A stretch of 28,344 nucleotides of DNA. Source: an uncultured Armatimonadia bacterium (GTDB taxonomy: Bacteria > Armatimonadota > Armatimonadia > Armatimonadales > Armatimonadaceae). This document shows, piece by piece, positions 8,977 to 19,909 of the stretch (positions are counted from its first letter, which is position 1; each line of letters begins with the position of its first letter). The translations under genes were made by a program, and so were the position numbers. The notes under the pieces are model-generated. The model searched no databases and was not told the origin of the DNA. It was given only the letters and a program-made list of their open reading frames with translations. Location: the NCBI GenBank assembly GCA_964646105.1, contig CAZYBA010000005.1, positions 1 to 28,344 of the forward strand, read 5' to 3'.

Positions 8977-9834
8977 ATGAAGGTTTCGTTGTGTGGCGCC
9001 GGCATTGGCGCGGGTGGATTGGATTTCCGCGGATTCGCCGAATTGGCATCGCGGCACGGCTTCGACGGTATCGATTTCGGCGTGGGCGGCGCGATGGTGG
9101 CGGCTGAATCCATGGGTGGAGTCGACGCCCTGCGCGAATGGATGGCAGGCATCGGTGTCGCTCCGGCCACCTACGGCCTCGATGTGGAATGGCGTCGCGA
9201 CCAAGCCGCATTCGACCAGGGCTTCGACGGCTTCGAGGATCGGGTGCGTTTCGCGGCGGCGCTCGGCTGCACGCGCTGCTGCACGTGGATGCCTCCCGCC
9301 AGCGACCGTCCGACGGAGCAGTGGATGTTGGAAACGTCCGATCGGTTCCGTGCATTGGCGCAGGTTCTCGGCCGCCACGGGGCGCGCCTGGGTCTCGAGT
9401 TTGTCGGCCCGCACCATCTGCGTGCGGGCGGCGCCAACGCGATGGGTTCGGAGCCGACGGTTTGGACGGTGGACGCCACCCTCGACTTGATCGCGCGGAT
9501 CGGCGAGCCCAATGTCGGGTTCATGGTCGACTCGTACCACAACTACACCACCGGCGCGAACGGCGACGATCTGGTGCGTCTCGGGGATGACTTGATCGTG
9601 CATGCGCATATCAACGACGCTCCGGTGGGGGCCACGCCGGAGACCGCGATCGACAACCGTCGTGTGTTGCCAGGCGACGGTGTGATCGATTTGGCGGAGT
9701 ATGTGGACGGTCTCAGGCGGGCTGGTTACACGGGTTATGTCGCGTGCGAGGTGTTGGCTCCCGAACCGGTGGCTGGGGATCCCGACACCGCGGCGGCGCT
9801 GGTGCGCTCCCGACTGCGCGACCTCGGTTTGTAG
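8977..9834 (+). CDS. Sugar phosphate isomerase/epimerase (xylose-isomerase-like TIM barrel)
   Basis: GLEFVG, DSYH, HAHIND, R.LPGDG.IDL and GYTG..CE metal-ligand pattern; starts 3 nt after the lactonase stop. Confidence 0.85.
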   Translation: MKVSLCGAGIGAGGLDFRGFAELASRHGFDGIDFGVGGAMVAAESMGGVDALREWMAGIGVAPATYGLDVEWRRDQAAFDQGFDGFEDRVRFAAALGCTRCCTWMPPASDRPTEQWMLETSDRFRALAQVLGRHGARLGLEFVGPHHLRAGGANAMGSEPTVWTVDATLDLIARIGEPNVGFMVDSYHNYTTGANGDDLVRLGDDLIVHAHINDAPVGATPETAIDNRRVLPGDGVIDLAEYVDGLRRAGYTGYVACEVLAPEPVAGDPDTAAALVRSRLRDLGL

Positions 9835-9910
9835 TTCGGCAGGCTGTTTCGGGCAGGGCAGTCAGGGACGTGGCGTCCGAAGCCGGGCGTCCGTTACCGG
9901 CGGAGCCCCG

Positions 9911-9919
9911 TGTTAGAAT
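9911..9919 (+). promoter_or_regulatory. Extended -10 promoter element TGTTAGAAT upstream of the MFS gene
   Basis: TGn + TAGAAT about 33 nt upstream of ATG 9953; the same 9-mer occurs before ligA. Confidence 0.5.
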
Positions 9920-9952
9920 GGGGCACTTTTTGCCTCGGGAGAGGGTTTTTCG

Positions 9953-11251
9953 ATGTCCAACAAGATGCGTGTCCGGGTTTTGCTCGGCGCGATGATGTTC
10001 TTCCAATACGCCGCCTGGGGCGCGTGGGCTCCGGTCCTCGGCGCCACTCTGGGCAATCCGGATGGTGTCTTCAAGGCGTCGGGGACGGTGATCGGTGCGA
10101 TCTTCGGGGTCTTGTGGCTCGCGTGTATCGTGGTGCCGTTTGTCGGTGGCCAATTGGTGGACCGCAAGGTGCCGGGCCAGTTGTACATGGGGGTTTCGGG
10201 CCTGGTCTGCGCCGGTTCGGCGTGGATGATGGCAGGTCAGGACAAGGTCGGCGACCTGGTGGCCGGTTTGATTCCGGTGAGTGGGCTCGGGCTATGGCTG
10301 GTGCTGTGGTCGATTGCGTTCGCCCCGACGATCGGGATCGGCAACTCGCTGACGCTGTACCACCTCAGCAAGGAAGAGGGCTCCACGGAAGCGGAACGTG
10401 AGCGGGCGTTCTCGGTCATCCGCACCATGGGCACCATCGGCTGGGTGGCGGTCGCCTTCGCGGTGATGTGGGCCAAGGAAAACCTCAAGTCGTTCCCGGT
10501 CTCCGAAATGGCGATTTCAACCGGTGCCGGCGTCCTCTGGGCGATCAGTTCGTTCCTGGTGCCGCACACCCCGCCGAACAAGGAAGCCCCGGATCCCTGG
10601 GCGTTTCTCAAGGCGTTCGAGCTGTTCAAGAAGGTTCCCGGCTTCACCGCGTTCATTCTCATTTCGCTGGTGGCGTCCGCGGAATTCCAGTTCTTCTACA
10701 CGCTGTCCGGGCAGTTCCTCGGCAGCCTCGGGGTCGAGGAGAAGTACATCGCCCCGTACAAGTCGACCAGCCAGATCGCGGAAATCATCTCGTTGGCCGT
10801 CTTGTTGCCGATCTTCCTGCGCAAGTTCGGCATGCGCACCACGCTCGTGGTTGGAACCCTGGCCTGGGCGATCCGGTACTTCATTTTCGCCACCAAGGCG
10901 TTTCTGCCGGTGGTATTGTCGTTGTCGCTGCACGGGGTCGGGTTTGCGTTCGTGTTCATCACCAGCTACTTCTACATCGACCGGGTTGCGCCCAAGGACA
11001 TCCGCGGCTCCGCCCAGTCGCTGTTCACGCTGGTGACCTTGGGAGTCGGCAACTACCTGGGATCCGTTCTTTCCGGCAAACTTCAGGACGGTTTCACGAA
11101 GCAGGTCGCCGGAGCGCCGGTGGTGGACTGGCCGATGGTTTTCCTGGTGCCCGCGGTGCTGACCTTGTTCTCCGCGGTCGCCTTCGGGTTCACGTTCAAG
11201 GAACCGAAGTCGGACAATGGCGAGAATACGGGACGTCTGCCTGCGCACTGA
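9953..11251 (+). CDS. MFS transporter, nucleoside:H+ symporter (NupG/XapB)-like
   Basis: About 12 hydrophobic segments; MFFQYAAWGAW, R..GTIGW, SQIAEI, WAIRY and LHGVGF motifs. Confidence 0.85.
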   Translation: MSNKMRVRVLLGAMMFFQYAAWGAWAPVLGATLGNPDGVFKASGTVIGAIFGVLWLACIVVPFVGGQLVDRKVPGQLYMGVSGLVCAGSAWMMAGQDKVGDLVAGLIPVSGLGLWLVLWSIAFAPTIGIGNSLTLYHLSKEEGSTEAERERAFSVIRTMGTIGWVAVAFAVMWAKENLKSFPVSEMAISTGAGVLWAISSFLVPHTPPNKEAPDPWAFLKAFELFKKVPGFTAFILISLVASAEFQFFYTLSGQFLGSLGVEEKYIAPYKSTSQIAEIISLAVLLPIFLRKFGMRTTLVVGTLAWAIRYFIFATKAFLPVVLSLSLHGVGFAFVFITSYFYIDRVAPKDIRGSAQSLFTLVTLGVGNYLGSVLSGKLQDGFTKQVAGAPVVDWPMVFLVPAVLTLFSAVAFGFTFKEPKSDNGENTGRLPAH

Positions 11252-11270
11252 CGTTTTCCGAGATTCTTCG

Positions 11271-11304
11271 AAGAGCCCGCCGGATGCAAGTCCGGGGGGC
11301 TTTT
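11271..11304 (+). terminator. Intrinsic terminator after the MFS gene
   Basis: GCCCGCCGGA-tgcaag-TCCGGGGGGC stem (one mismatch) followed by TTTTGTATTTT. Confidence 0.7.
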
Positions 11305-11354
11305 GTATTTTCAAAACGAACCGAACCCGGGCCCGACCCGGCCATAATGGGGCG

Positions 11355-12458
11355 ATGTCTTCCCGACCCGAAACGTCCCCCGCCGACCTCCTTCTCGATT
11401 GGTATGCAGTGCATCGTCGCGACATGCCCTGGCGCCGGACCTCCGATCCGTACGCGATCTGGATCTCGGAAACCATGTTGCAGCAAACCCAGGTGGCCAC
11501 CGCGACCCCGTTTTGGCTACGTTGGATGGAACGTTTCCCGTCGGTCCGGGATCTGGCGGAAGCGTCCCTGGACGAGGTGCTGTCGTATTGGGCCGGACTG
11601 GGTTACTACGCGCGGGCGCGGAACCTGCATGCGGCGGCGAAGCGGATTGTGGATGAATTCGGGGGAGAGTTTCCCGCGGATCCCGAATCGTTGCGTTCGC
11701 TTCCGGGGGTAGGTCGGTACACCGCGGCGGCGGTGGGCTCAATCGCATTCGGGTGGGATACCGCGTTGGTGGACGCCAATGTGGTGCGGGTGTTGTGCCG
11801 GTTCGATGCCATCGAGAGCGACCCCAAATCGTCGGAGGTGGTGGAGCGGTTGTGGAAACGTGCCGGCGAGCTCTTGCCTCCGGGGCGTGCCGGCGACTTC
11901 AACCAAGCATTGATGGAGCTCGGTGCGTTGGTTTGCCAACCGGAGCCGCGTTGTGGCGCGTGTCCGTGGAACGGCCTGTGCCGGGCGAATGCTGGCGGGG
12001 ATCCGAAGAGTTATCCGCACTTCGCGCCGAAACCGGCGTTGACGCAGCAATCGGACATATGTGCGGTGATTCGGCGCGGGGACTGTGTCCTGCTGGTTCG
12101 TCGTCCGGTCGGTGGGCTTTGGGGTGGATTGTGGGAGTTGCCTCGGGTGACTGCGGAACCGGGTGAATCGGTAGAAAATGCGGCGGTGCGGGCCTGCCGT
12201 GAGGTCGTGGGGCTGGCGGCCGAACCGGGAGGAATACTCGCCACCCATCGCCACGGGGTTACGACGCGCCGGATTGTGCTGACAGCGGTGGCGTGTCGCG
12301 TCGAAGAAAATTGCGAGCCGGTATCGGTGGGATGCGACGCGGTGGCGTGGGTGGGAGGCAAGGACCGGGAGCGGTACCCGTTGTCGTCACCGCAGGCACG
12401 TGTCTGGGAGAAGGTGGTGCCGTCACCGGTGGCGGATGGCTTGTTCGGTCTGGAGTAA
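11355..12458 (+). CDS. mutY: A/G-specific adenine glycosylase
   Basis: RDMPWR, WISETMLQQTQV, GLGYYARARNL, HhH LPGVGRYTA, VDANVVRV, Fe-S Cys cluster and C-terminal NUDIX-like GLWELP. CATAAT lies 6 nt before ATG 11355. Confidence 0.95.
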   Translation: MSSRPETSPADLLLDWYAVHRRDMPWRRTSDPYAIWISETMLQQTQVATATPFWLRWMERFPSVRDLAEASLDEVLSYWAGLGYYARARNLHAAAKRIVDEFGGEFPADPESLRSLPGVGRYTAAAVGSIAFGWDTALVDANVVRVLCRFDAIESDPKSSEVVERLWKRAGELLPPGRAGDFNQALMELGALVCQPEPRCGACPWNGLCRANAGGDPKSYPHFAPKPALTQQSDICAVIRRGDCVLLVRRPVGGLWGGLWELPRVTAEPGESVENAAVRACREVVGLAAEPGGILATHRHGVTTRRIVLTAVACRVEENCEPVSVGCDAVAWVGGKDRERYPLSSPQARVWEKVVPSPVADGLFGLE

Positions 12459-12532
12459 ACACCCTCTGCGGGTTGCGGGATACAGGCCAGCGACCGCGTT
12501 CGGTTGCGCCGTAGGGTTCCCGGGAATCCAGG

Positions 12533-12850
12533 TCAGCGCTTGGGCTGCGGTTTCATGGGTGTGAGCGTTCGGGTCGCCGCCAGCGCGCTGCGGTCGTGTT
12601 CACGCAGGGTTTGTTCCACGAACTTTATGCCGCGGTCTTCGATCAGTTTCTGGAGCGCCAGGAACGTTCGGGCTTCCTCGATCGTGATGTCCTTGTCTTC
12701 GGCGACCGACGCGGCGGCGTTTTCCATGACCGCCCGTGTGGTTTCGGTTTGGGACTGCATCCACTGTGCCCAGAGTTGTGCGCCGCGTTCCGGGGTTCCG
12801 TAGATGCGCGCGAATCGTTCGACCGGGGTTTCGTTTGCTTGGTCAGCCAT
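12533..12850 (-). CDS. Hypothetical protein (105 aa, helical)
   Basis: Non-shadow amino-acid composition, fills the gap on the operon strand, TACAAT exactly 6 nt upstream of ATG. Confidence 0.65.
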   Translation of the reverse strand: MADQANETPVERFARIYGTPERGAQLWAQWMQSQTETTRAVMENAAASVAEDKDITIEEARTFLALQKLIEDRGIKFVEQTLREHDRSALAATRTLTPMKPQPKR

Positions 12851-12877
12851 GTTCGGATTGTACGGTACGACCGGTGG

Positions 12878-13282
12878 TCAGTGTTGCGCCACCCAGACCG
12901 CAGCGGCGGTTGCTGCGCCGAGGATGGCTAGGGAAAGAATCCACCGGCCCAGTGTCCGCTTGCGCTTTTCGGAATCGTCCGCGGAGTTCGGCCACGGTGT
13001 GTCGCGGTACGCCCGGACAAACGCGTACAGTGCCGCGTCGCCGTCACGGTTGGAAGGCTGATCGGTGCGTGCGGTGATTTCAATCTGCAATTTGCCGTCG
13101 GTGCGCCCCGGCTTCCATTTGACTTCGACCTGGGATGTTTGCGACCCTGCGCGGATGGTGCCTTGGATGCCGTCCACGGGATCGAAACTGCGCAGCCGAC
13201 CGACGGATTGAAACGCCCGCCGGGCCCGTTCCGGGACATTGTCGACGGTTCCATGCACACTGAATTCGAGGAAACGGCTCAT
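12878..13282 (-). CDS. Hypothetical protein with a C-terminal membrane anchor
   Basis: ATG overlaps the maf stop (ATGA); C-terminal WILSLAILGAATAAAVWV hydrophobic helix preceded by KRKR. Confidence 0.7.
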   Translation of the reverse strand: MSRFLEFSVHGTVDNVPERARRAFQSVGRLRSFDPVDGIQGTIRAGSQTSQVEVKWKPGRTDGKLQIEITARTDQPSNRDGDAALYAFVRAYRDTPWPNSADDSEKRKRTLGRWILSLAILGAATAAAVWVAQH

Positions 13283-13887
13283 CGATTGGTTTCCTCGCGC
13301 GTCCAAAGTGGGATGTCGAATTCACGCAGCATCTGCGCGAGTGTCCAAAGGGGAATGCCGATCACGTTGGACGGGTCGCCGTCAATCCGGGTGACAAACG
13401 GCATCGCGCCCCCCTGCATACCGTAGCCGCCGGCCTTGTCGAAGGGTTCGCCGGTGGCTATGTACGCGTCGATGGCCTCGCGATCGAGCGGCGCCATGGT
13501 GACTTTTGTCTCGACGACGGCGGTTGACTGTCGGTTGACATTGCCCCCGGTTGATTCGGCGACAACCACTCCGGATAGGACACGATGGGTTCGGCCAGCC
13601 AGGGATTGCAGCATGGCGCGGGCCGCTTCGGGAGTGGAGGGCTTGCCGAGAATCACGCCGTCCGGATCGACCACATCGGTGTCGATTCCGATGACAATGC
13701 CGTCGCAATGCCGGGCGACATCGTGGGCCTTGCCGATCGCGGCAGCCAGCACATATTCCTCGGGCGTCGCCGAGTCCGCGACCGACTCCTCGTCAAAGGC
13801 GCTGGGCATGATGGTGCAGCAGACGCCGAGGTGGGCGATCAGTTCACGGCGGCGCGGTGATGCGGACGCCAAGGTGATTCGGGTCAT
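13279..13887 (-). CDS. maf: Maf family nucleoside triphosphate pyrophosphatase
   Basis: LASASPRRRELI, GIDT, ILGKP, YIATGEPFDKAGGYG and NVIGIP motifs. Confidence 0.93.
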   Translation of the reverse strand: MTRITLASASPRRRELIAHLGVCCTIMPSAFDEESVADSATPEEYVLAAAIGKAHDVARHCDGIVIGIDTDVVDPDGVILGKPSTPEAARAMLQSLAGRTHRVLSGVVVAESTGGNVNRQSTAVVETKVTMAPLDREAIDAYIATGEPFDKAGGYGMQGGAMPFVTRIDGDPSNVIGIPLWTLAQMLREFDIPLWTREETNR

Positions 13888-14436
13888 TTAGGGAACCCGG
13901 TCGGGATTGCTGCTCGGGGTGTCGTCCGGATTACCGGAAGGGTTGGACTCGACCAAGTTGTCAACGGGTATCTGCGGTTCTTGGGTTGGGTCTGATGCCG
14001 GGAACACGGGCTCGTCGGCGTAGGGCGACACGGGTTCGCGGGTGGTTGTCGTGGATGGGGTGCTGGTTTGTTGGGCTTCCAGTTCGCGGACACGCGCCTC
14101 CAGCAAGGCGATGTCGTCGGTGGCGCGGGATGTCGCGGTTGCGGATTGACTGGGGGACTGGGGGAGGCGCGGGGTGTTGGCGATGAGGGATGCCAAGCGT
14201 TCGCGGACTGGTTTGCCTTTTACTTCCAATTCGTCGAGGAGTTCAGGGGCATTCCCGACTACATGCCGGACCGCGTGGTCGAGGGAGCGTGCGGCGCGGT
14301 CGAGGGATTCCACTGCGGTGGCGCCGATTCCCAAGGCGATGTCGGTCACCCGGGCGGCGGTCTCGTTCAGAGATGACACCCCCGGTGCCGGGGTTGTCGA
14401 ATCCTCTGTGGAATCAGGATTGTTTTCTTCGTTCAT
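13888..14436 (-). CDS. Hypothetical protein (helical/coiled-coil core, disordered Pro/Ser/Thr-rich tails)
   Basis: Stop abuts the maf ATG (TAAATG); contains IALLEARVRELEA coiled coil. Start at 14436 preferred, 14499 possible. Confidence 0.65.
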   Translation of the reverse strand: MNEENNPDSTEDSTTPAPGVSSLNETAARVTDIALGIGATAVESLDRAARSLDHAVRHVVGNAPELLDELEVKGKPVRERLASLIANTPRLPQSPSQSATATSRATDDIALLEARVRELEAQQTSTPSTTTTREPVSPYADEPVFPASDPTQEPQIPVDNLVESNPSGNPDDTPSSNPDRVP

Positions 14437-14476
14437 GGCGTGTGATCGTCTGGGCGACTTGATTCGTGTCGCCCGG

Positions 14477-15031
14477 CTAGTCGGGTCCACTGTAGACATC
14501 GGCCTTCAGGACGGCGATGTAGGGTAGGTTTCGGTAACGTTCGTTCCAGTCGAGGCCGTAGCCGATGACAAAGCGGTCGGGGACCGTGAAGCCGACATAA
14601 TCCGGTTCGATGACACTCCCGCGGTTGGCGGGTTTGTCGAGCAGGGTGACGACACGCACCGACGCGGGAGCACGTTGGCGCAGGTTACGCAAAACATACC
14701 CCAACGTGATCCCTGTGTCTATGATGTCCTCGACCACCAGGACATGACGTCCTGCGATCGGCTGGTCGAGATCCTTGGTGACCCGTGCTTCGCCGGACGA
14801 CTGGGTGCCGTTGTAGGATGCGATCCCCATCATGTCGACGGTGACCGGCAAGTCGATGGCGCGCATCAGGTCGGCCAGGAACGGCAACGAGCCTTTGAGA
14901 ATGGTGACCAGATGCAGGTCGCGGCCTTCGTAGTCGGCGGTGATCCGGGCCCCGAGTTCAGAGATCTTGGCGGCGAGGGTGGATTGGTCGACGAGGATTT
15001 CCTCGATGTCGGCCGGGTTGTGGGAGGGCAT
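14477..15031 (-). CDS. hpt: Hypoxanthine phosphoribosyltransferase
   Basis: ILKGS, PRPP-binding VVEDIIDTGITL, LLDKP and FVIGYGLDWNERYRNLPYI motifs. Start at MPSHNP (15031), 15058 possible. Confidence 0.95.
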   Translation of the reverse strand: MPSHNPADIEEILVDQSTLAAKISELGARITADYEGRDLHLVTILKGSLPFLADLMRAIDLPVTVDMMGIASYNGTQSSGEARVTKDLDQPIAGRHVLVVEDIIDTGITLGYVLRNLRQRAPASVRVVTLLDKPANRGSVIEPDYVGFTVPDRFVIGYGLDWNERYRNLPYIAVLKADVYSGPD

Positions 15032-15139
15032 GGTTGTGTTCAGCGGTCGGTCTGGCAATTGGCGGGCGCGCCGTGGCAGTCTATCGATCGGATTTTCATT
15101 TTACGGTTGCGTACCGGGTCGTGGCAATGTTCCCGTCAC

Positions 15140-17191
<2,052 letters not shown>

Positions 17192-17356
17192 ATTTCGGCT
17201 GGCAGCGGTGGGGTCTACGCGCTGTGCCCGGGCAGTGGGGGGCGTCCGTAGCCCTCTGGGACGCGACGATACGGTGCGTGTTGGGGCGCAAACGCGGAGG
17301 TGTTCGGTTTTGCTTGCCTCGGAATCGTCAGGAAGCCTTTGGGGGGCTGCGTTGAT

Positions 17357-19774
17357 TTATGCCGCCGCCGGAATGGTGCGTTTCTCGCTTTGGCGTTGCT
17401 CCAGCCGTTGTTGAGCGGTGTCCATCCATGTTTCCGGGTTGTCGCATTCGGTGGGAAAGCGGGCGGATCCGGTGCGGACATCGAGTGCGGGTTGGGTTCC
17501 CGAGGCGAATCGCAGCGGCGCGATATGTTTCAGACTGGCGCGGACCATGTTTTCCCAGTCTTGGTTGCGCGGGGAGCTGCAGTTCGGGACGAGGAGGGCG
17601 AAGTGGTCGGACTCGAGTCGTGCGACAACCGCGTTGTCGGGCAGCGACGGTTTGAGCGTGGGAGCCACCGCCTTCAGGATGGCGTTGCCTGTTTCGTAAC
17701 CGTAGGTCTGGTTGATGGTGCGCAGTTGTGCCAGATCCAGCAGCAGGAGCGTCCAGGTCTCTCCCGGTTGTGCCTGGCGGGCGGTTTGGGTGACGATTTC
17801 GGTGAATCGTTCCCGGTTGGGGAGTTCGGTCAGCAGATCGGTGCCGCGGGTCTGTTTTTTGTTTTCGTCCTCGATGGCATTTTCGATCCCGTGTGCGGCG
17901 AGGGATGCGAGAGCTTCCAGGATGCGCAGGTCGTCGGCTTGGAATCGGGTCTCGCCGGAGCTGTAGAGGTTGATGGTTCCGAGAATTGTGCCGTCTTCGG
18001 TGCGTAGGGGGGCGACTGCGCAGGATTTCAGTGGTGTCCAGGAGTCGGTCGCCGCGGTGAGCAGAAGATCGGCTGAGTCGTAGGTGCCGATTCGTCCTTG
18101 TCCACTCAGGAATGTGTCGGCCGTCGGACCATTCCAGTGATCGACCGTGGCTGCGTGGAAATGTCCGGAGTTGGCGCCGGAGCATTGGGTTACGGAGAGT
18201 GTGGTGCCGTCGCGCAGCAGTATCAGGCACGTTGAGGCGTCGTAGAGTTGGCGTACCGCGTCGGTGACCTTTGCGGCGATGCCGGGGACATTATGTTCTT
18301 CAGTGAGGATGCGGGAGATTTCGTAGACCGCGCGGTATTCGAAGGCGGCGCGGTTGATTTCGTTCCCGATGGTAGGGGTTCTGGAGGGAGACGCGGAGAT
18401 CAAGGCCATGAGGCTGGGGTCTTTGGCCATGGCGGCATGGAATGCTTCGACAACCACCGGGTCGAAGTGGATTCCGGATTGTTGCGTGAGGTAATCGGCG
18501 GCGCGTTGGTGTTCCCAACTTTCGCGGTAGGGGCGATCGGACGTCAGGGCGTCGTAGACATCGGCCACCGCCAGGATGCGTCCTCCGAGGGGGATGTCTT
18601 CGCCGGCGAGGGCGTCCGGGTATCCGGTTCCGTCCCATTTTTCGTGGTGGCTGCGGACGACGCCCATGACGGGGTAGGGAAAATGGACCGGTTGGAGGAT
18701 GCGGGCTCCCATTTCGGCATGGCGTTTGATGACCTCGAACTCTTCGGCGTTCAGGCGTCCCGGTTTGTTGAGGATGTGTTCGGGGATGGCGATTTTTCCG
18801 ATGTCATGGAGTGCTGCGCCGACTTCGATGGCGCGCAATTGGTCTCCTTCGAGCCCGATTTGTTGTGCGATTGCGACCGCTACTTTTTTTACACGTTGGA
18901 TATGTTCTTGTGTGTATCGGTCCTTGGCGTCGATGGCGAGTGCGAATGCTTCGACTGTGGACGCGTACATTTCCTCGATTTCGGCCTGCCGTTGTTGCAG
19001 CTCGGAACGTCGTTGCTCCAGCTCGGCGATGTAGCTTTGTGATTCCTCGAGTCTTCTGGCGTGTTCGTCGTCACGTTCCCGGCGCAGGGTTTGTTCGCGC
19101 AGGATGATGATGGCGACCGGGGTGGCGAGAGCGGCGATGGGAAGGAGTGCGATTGGGTTGGGGTTGACCGCCAGGGTCAGTCTTCCGGCTGCCACGACGG
19201 CTGCTCCGGCGACATAGCCGAAGACCGTTTGGTAGAGGAAGCGGAAGTTGCGAAGGAACGGTTGATCGGAGTGGGTCGCCATTGCGGCGCTGATCAGGCT
19301 GACATGGGTTGCATGGTATACGACCGCGACCGCCAGGGTTGTGGCGACAATCAGGGCGTAGTTGTCCAGCGGGGTTTGTTGGGTCAGTTTGGCGGTGGCG
19401 ACCGAGACTGCGGTTGCGATGATGGAGAAGGCGAGGTTGAAGAGGCGACGTTCGTGATAGGGGCTGGATTTCCGGAATTCCGGGAGTGCTGCCGCGACGA
19501 CAATCCAGATGCAATCCCAGTCCCGTTGTGTCGTGATGAGGAACAGGGTGACAACGAAGCGCAGGGAGACGGTTGTGGCTTGGTTTTTGTCGTTGGTGCT
19601 CCGCAGCGGGACCACAAATCGTCCGGCGACCTGGGTGACCAATGCTCCGAGCAACAGGGTGATTAGTTCGGGTAGGGCGACTGGAACCGACGCATGGAGC
19701 AGGGCGACGGCGCCGAGGAGGGTGGTGGCGACTGCGATTGAGAACGTGTGTTGAAGATATCGGTTGGACGCCAT
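17357..19774 (-). CDS. Membrane-anchored HD-GYP c-di-GMP phosphodiesterase with GAF and degenerate GGDEF domains
   Basis: About 6-7 N-terminal TM helices, coiled coil, intact HD-GYP (H..RV, LHDIGK, HHEKWDGTGYP, AVADVYDALTSDRPY), GAF-like segment, C-terminal D.LT.LPNR ... RLESDHF (GGDEF degenerate). Start set at MASNRY (19774) because the longer TTG start lies inside a hairpin. Confidence 0.9.
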   Translation of the reverse strand: MASNRYLQHTFSIAVATTLLGAVALLHASVPVALPELITLLLGALVTQVAGRFVVPLRSTNDKNQATTVSLRFVVTLFLITTQRDWDCIWIVVAAALPEFRKSSPYHERRLFNLAFSIIATAVSVATAKLTQQTPLDNYALIVATTLAVAVVYHATHVSLISAAMATHSDQPFLRNFRFLYQTVFGYVAGAAVVAAGRLTLAVNPNPIALLPIAALATPVAIIILREQTLRRERDDEHARRLEESQSYIAELEQRRSELQQRQAEIEEMYASTVEAFALAIDAKDRYTQEHIQRVKKVAVAIAQQIGLEGDQLRAIEVGAALHDIGKIAIPEHILNKPGRLNAEEFEVIKRHAEMGARILQPVHFPYPVMGVVRSHHEKWDGTGYPDALAGEDIPLGGRILAVADVYDALTSDRPYRESWEHQRAADYLTQQSGIHFDPVVVEAFHAAMAKDPSLMALISASPSRTPTIGNEINRAAFEYRAVYEISRILTEEHNVPGIAAKVTDAVRQLYDASTCLILLRDGTTLSVTQCSGANSGHFHAATVDHWNGPTADTFLSGQGRIGTYDSADLLLTAATDSWTPLKSCAVAPLRTEDGTILGTINLYSSGETRFQADDLRILEALASLAAHGIENAIEDENKKQTRGTDLLTELPNRERFTEIVTQTARQAQPGETWTLLLLDLAQLRTINQTYGYETGNAILKAVAPTLKPSLPDNAVVARLESDHFALLVPNCSSPRNQDWENMVRASLKHIAPLRFASGTQPALDVRTGSARFPTECDNPETWMDTAQQRLEQRQSEKRTIPAAA

Positions 19775-19840
19775 CTGACCAGTAAATTGTCGGGTCGAGG
19801 GCGGGTTGGGGTACCCGGCAACATCGCGGGTTTTGCGGAA

Positions 19841-19880
19841 CAACAAAACGGCGCCCGCTTGGAATGCCAAGCGGGCGCCG
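19841..19880 (-). terminator. Intrinsic terminator between the small ORF and the HD-GYP gene
   Basis: Perfect 14-bp stem CGGCGCCCGCTTGG/CCAAGCGGGCGCCG (19849-19880, 4-nt loop), followed on the minus strand by TTTTGTTGTT; no U-tract on the plus strand. Confidence 0.85.
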
Positions 19881-19909
19881 AGATTAGGTGTTTATAGGTG
19901 ATGGAAAGG

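Noticed and set aside
19775-19870. Longer N-terminus for the HD-GYP protein (TTG 19870)
   Set aside because: The start lies within the terminator hairpin, has no RBS, and the extension is not protein-like.
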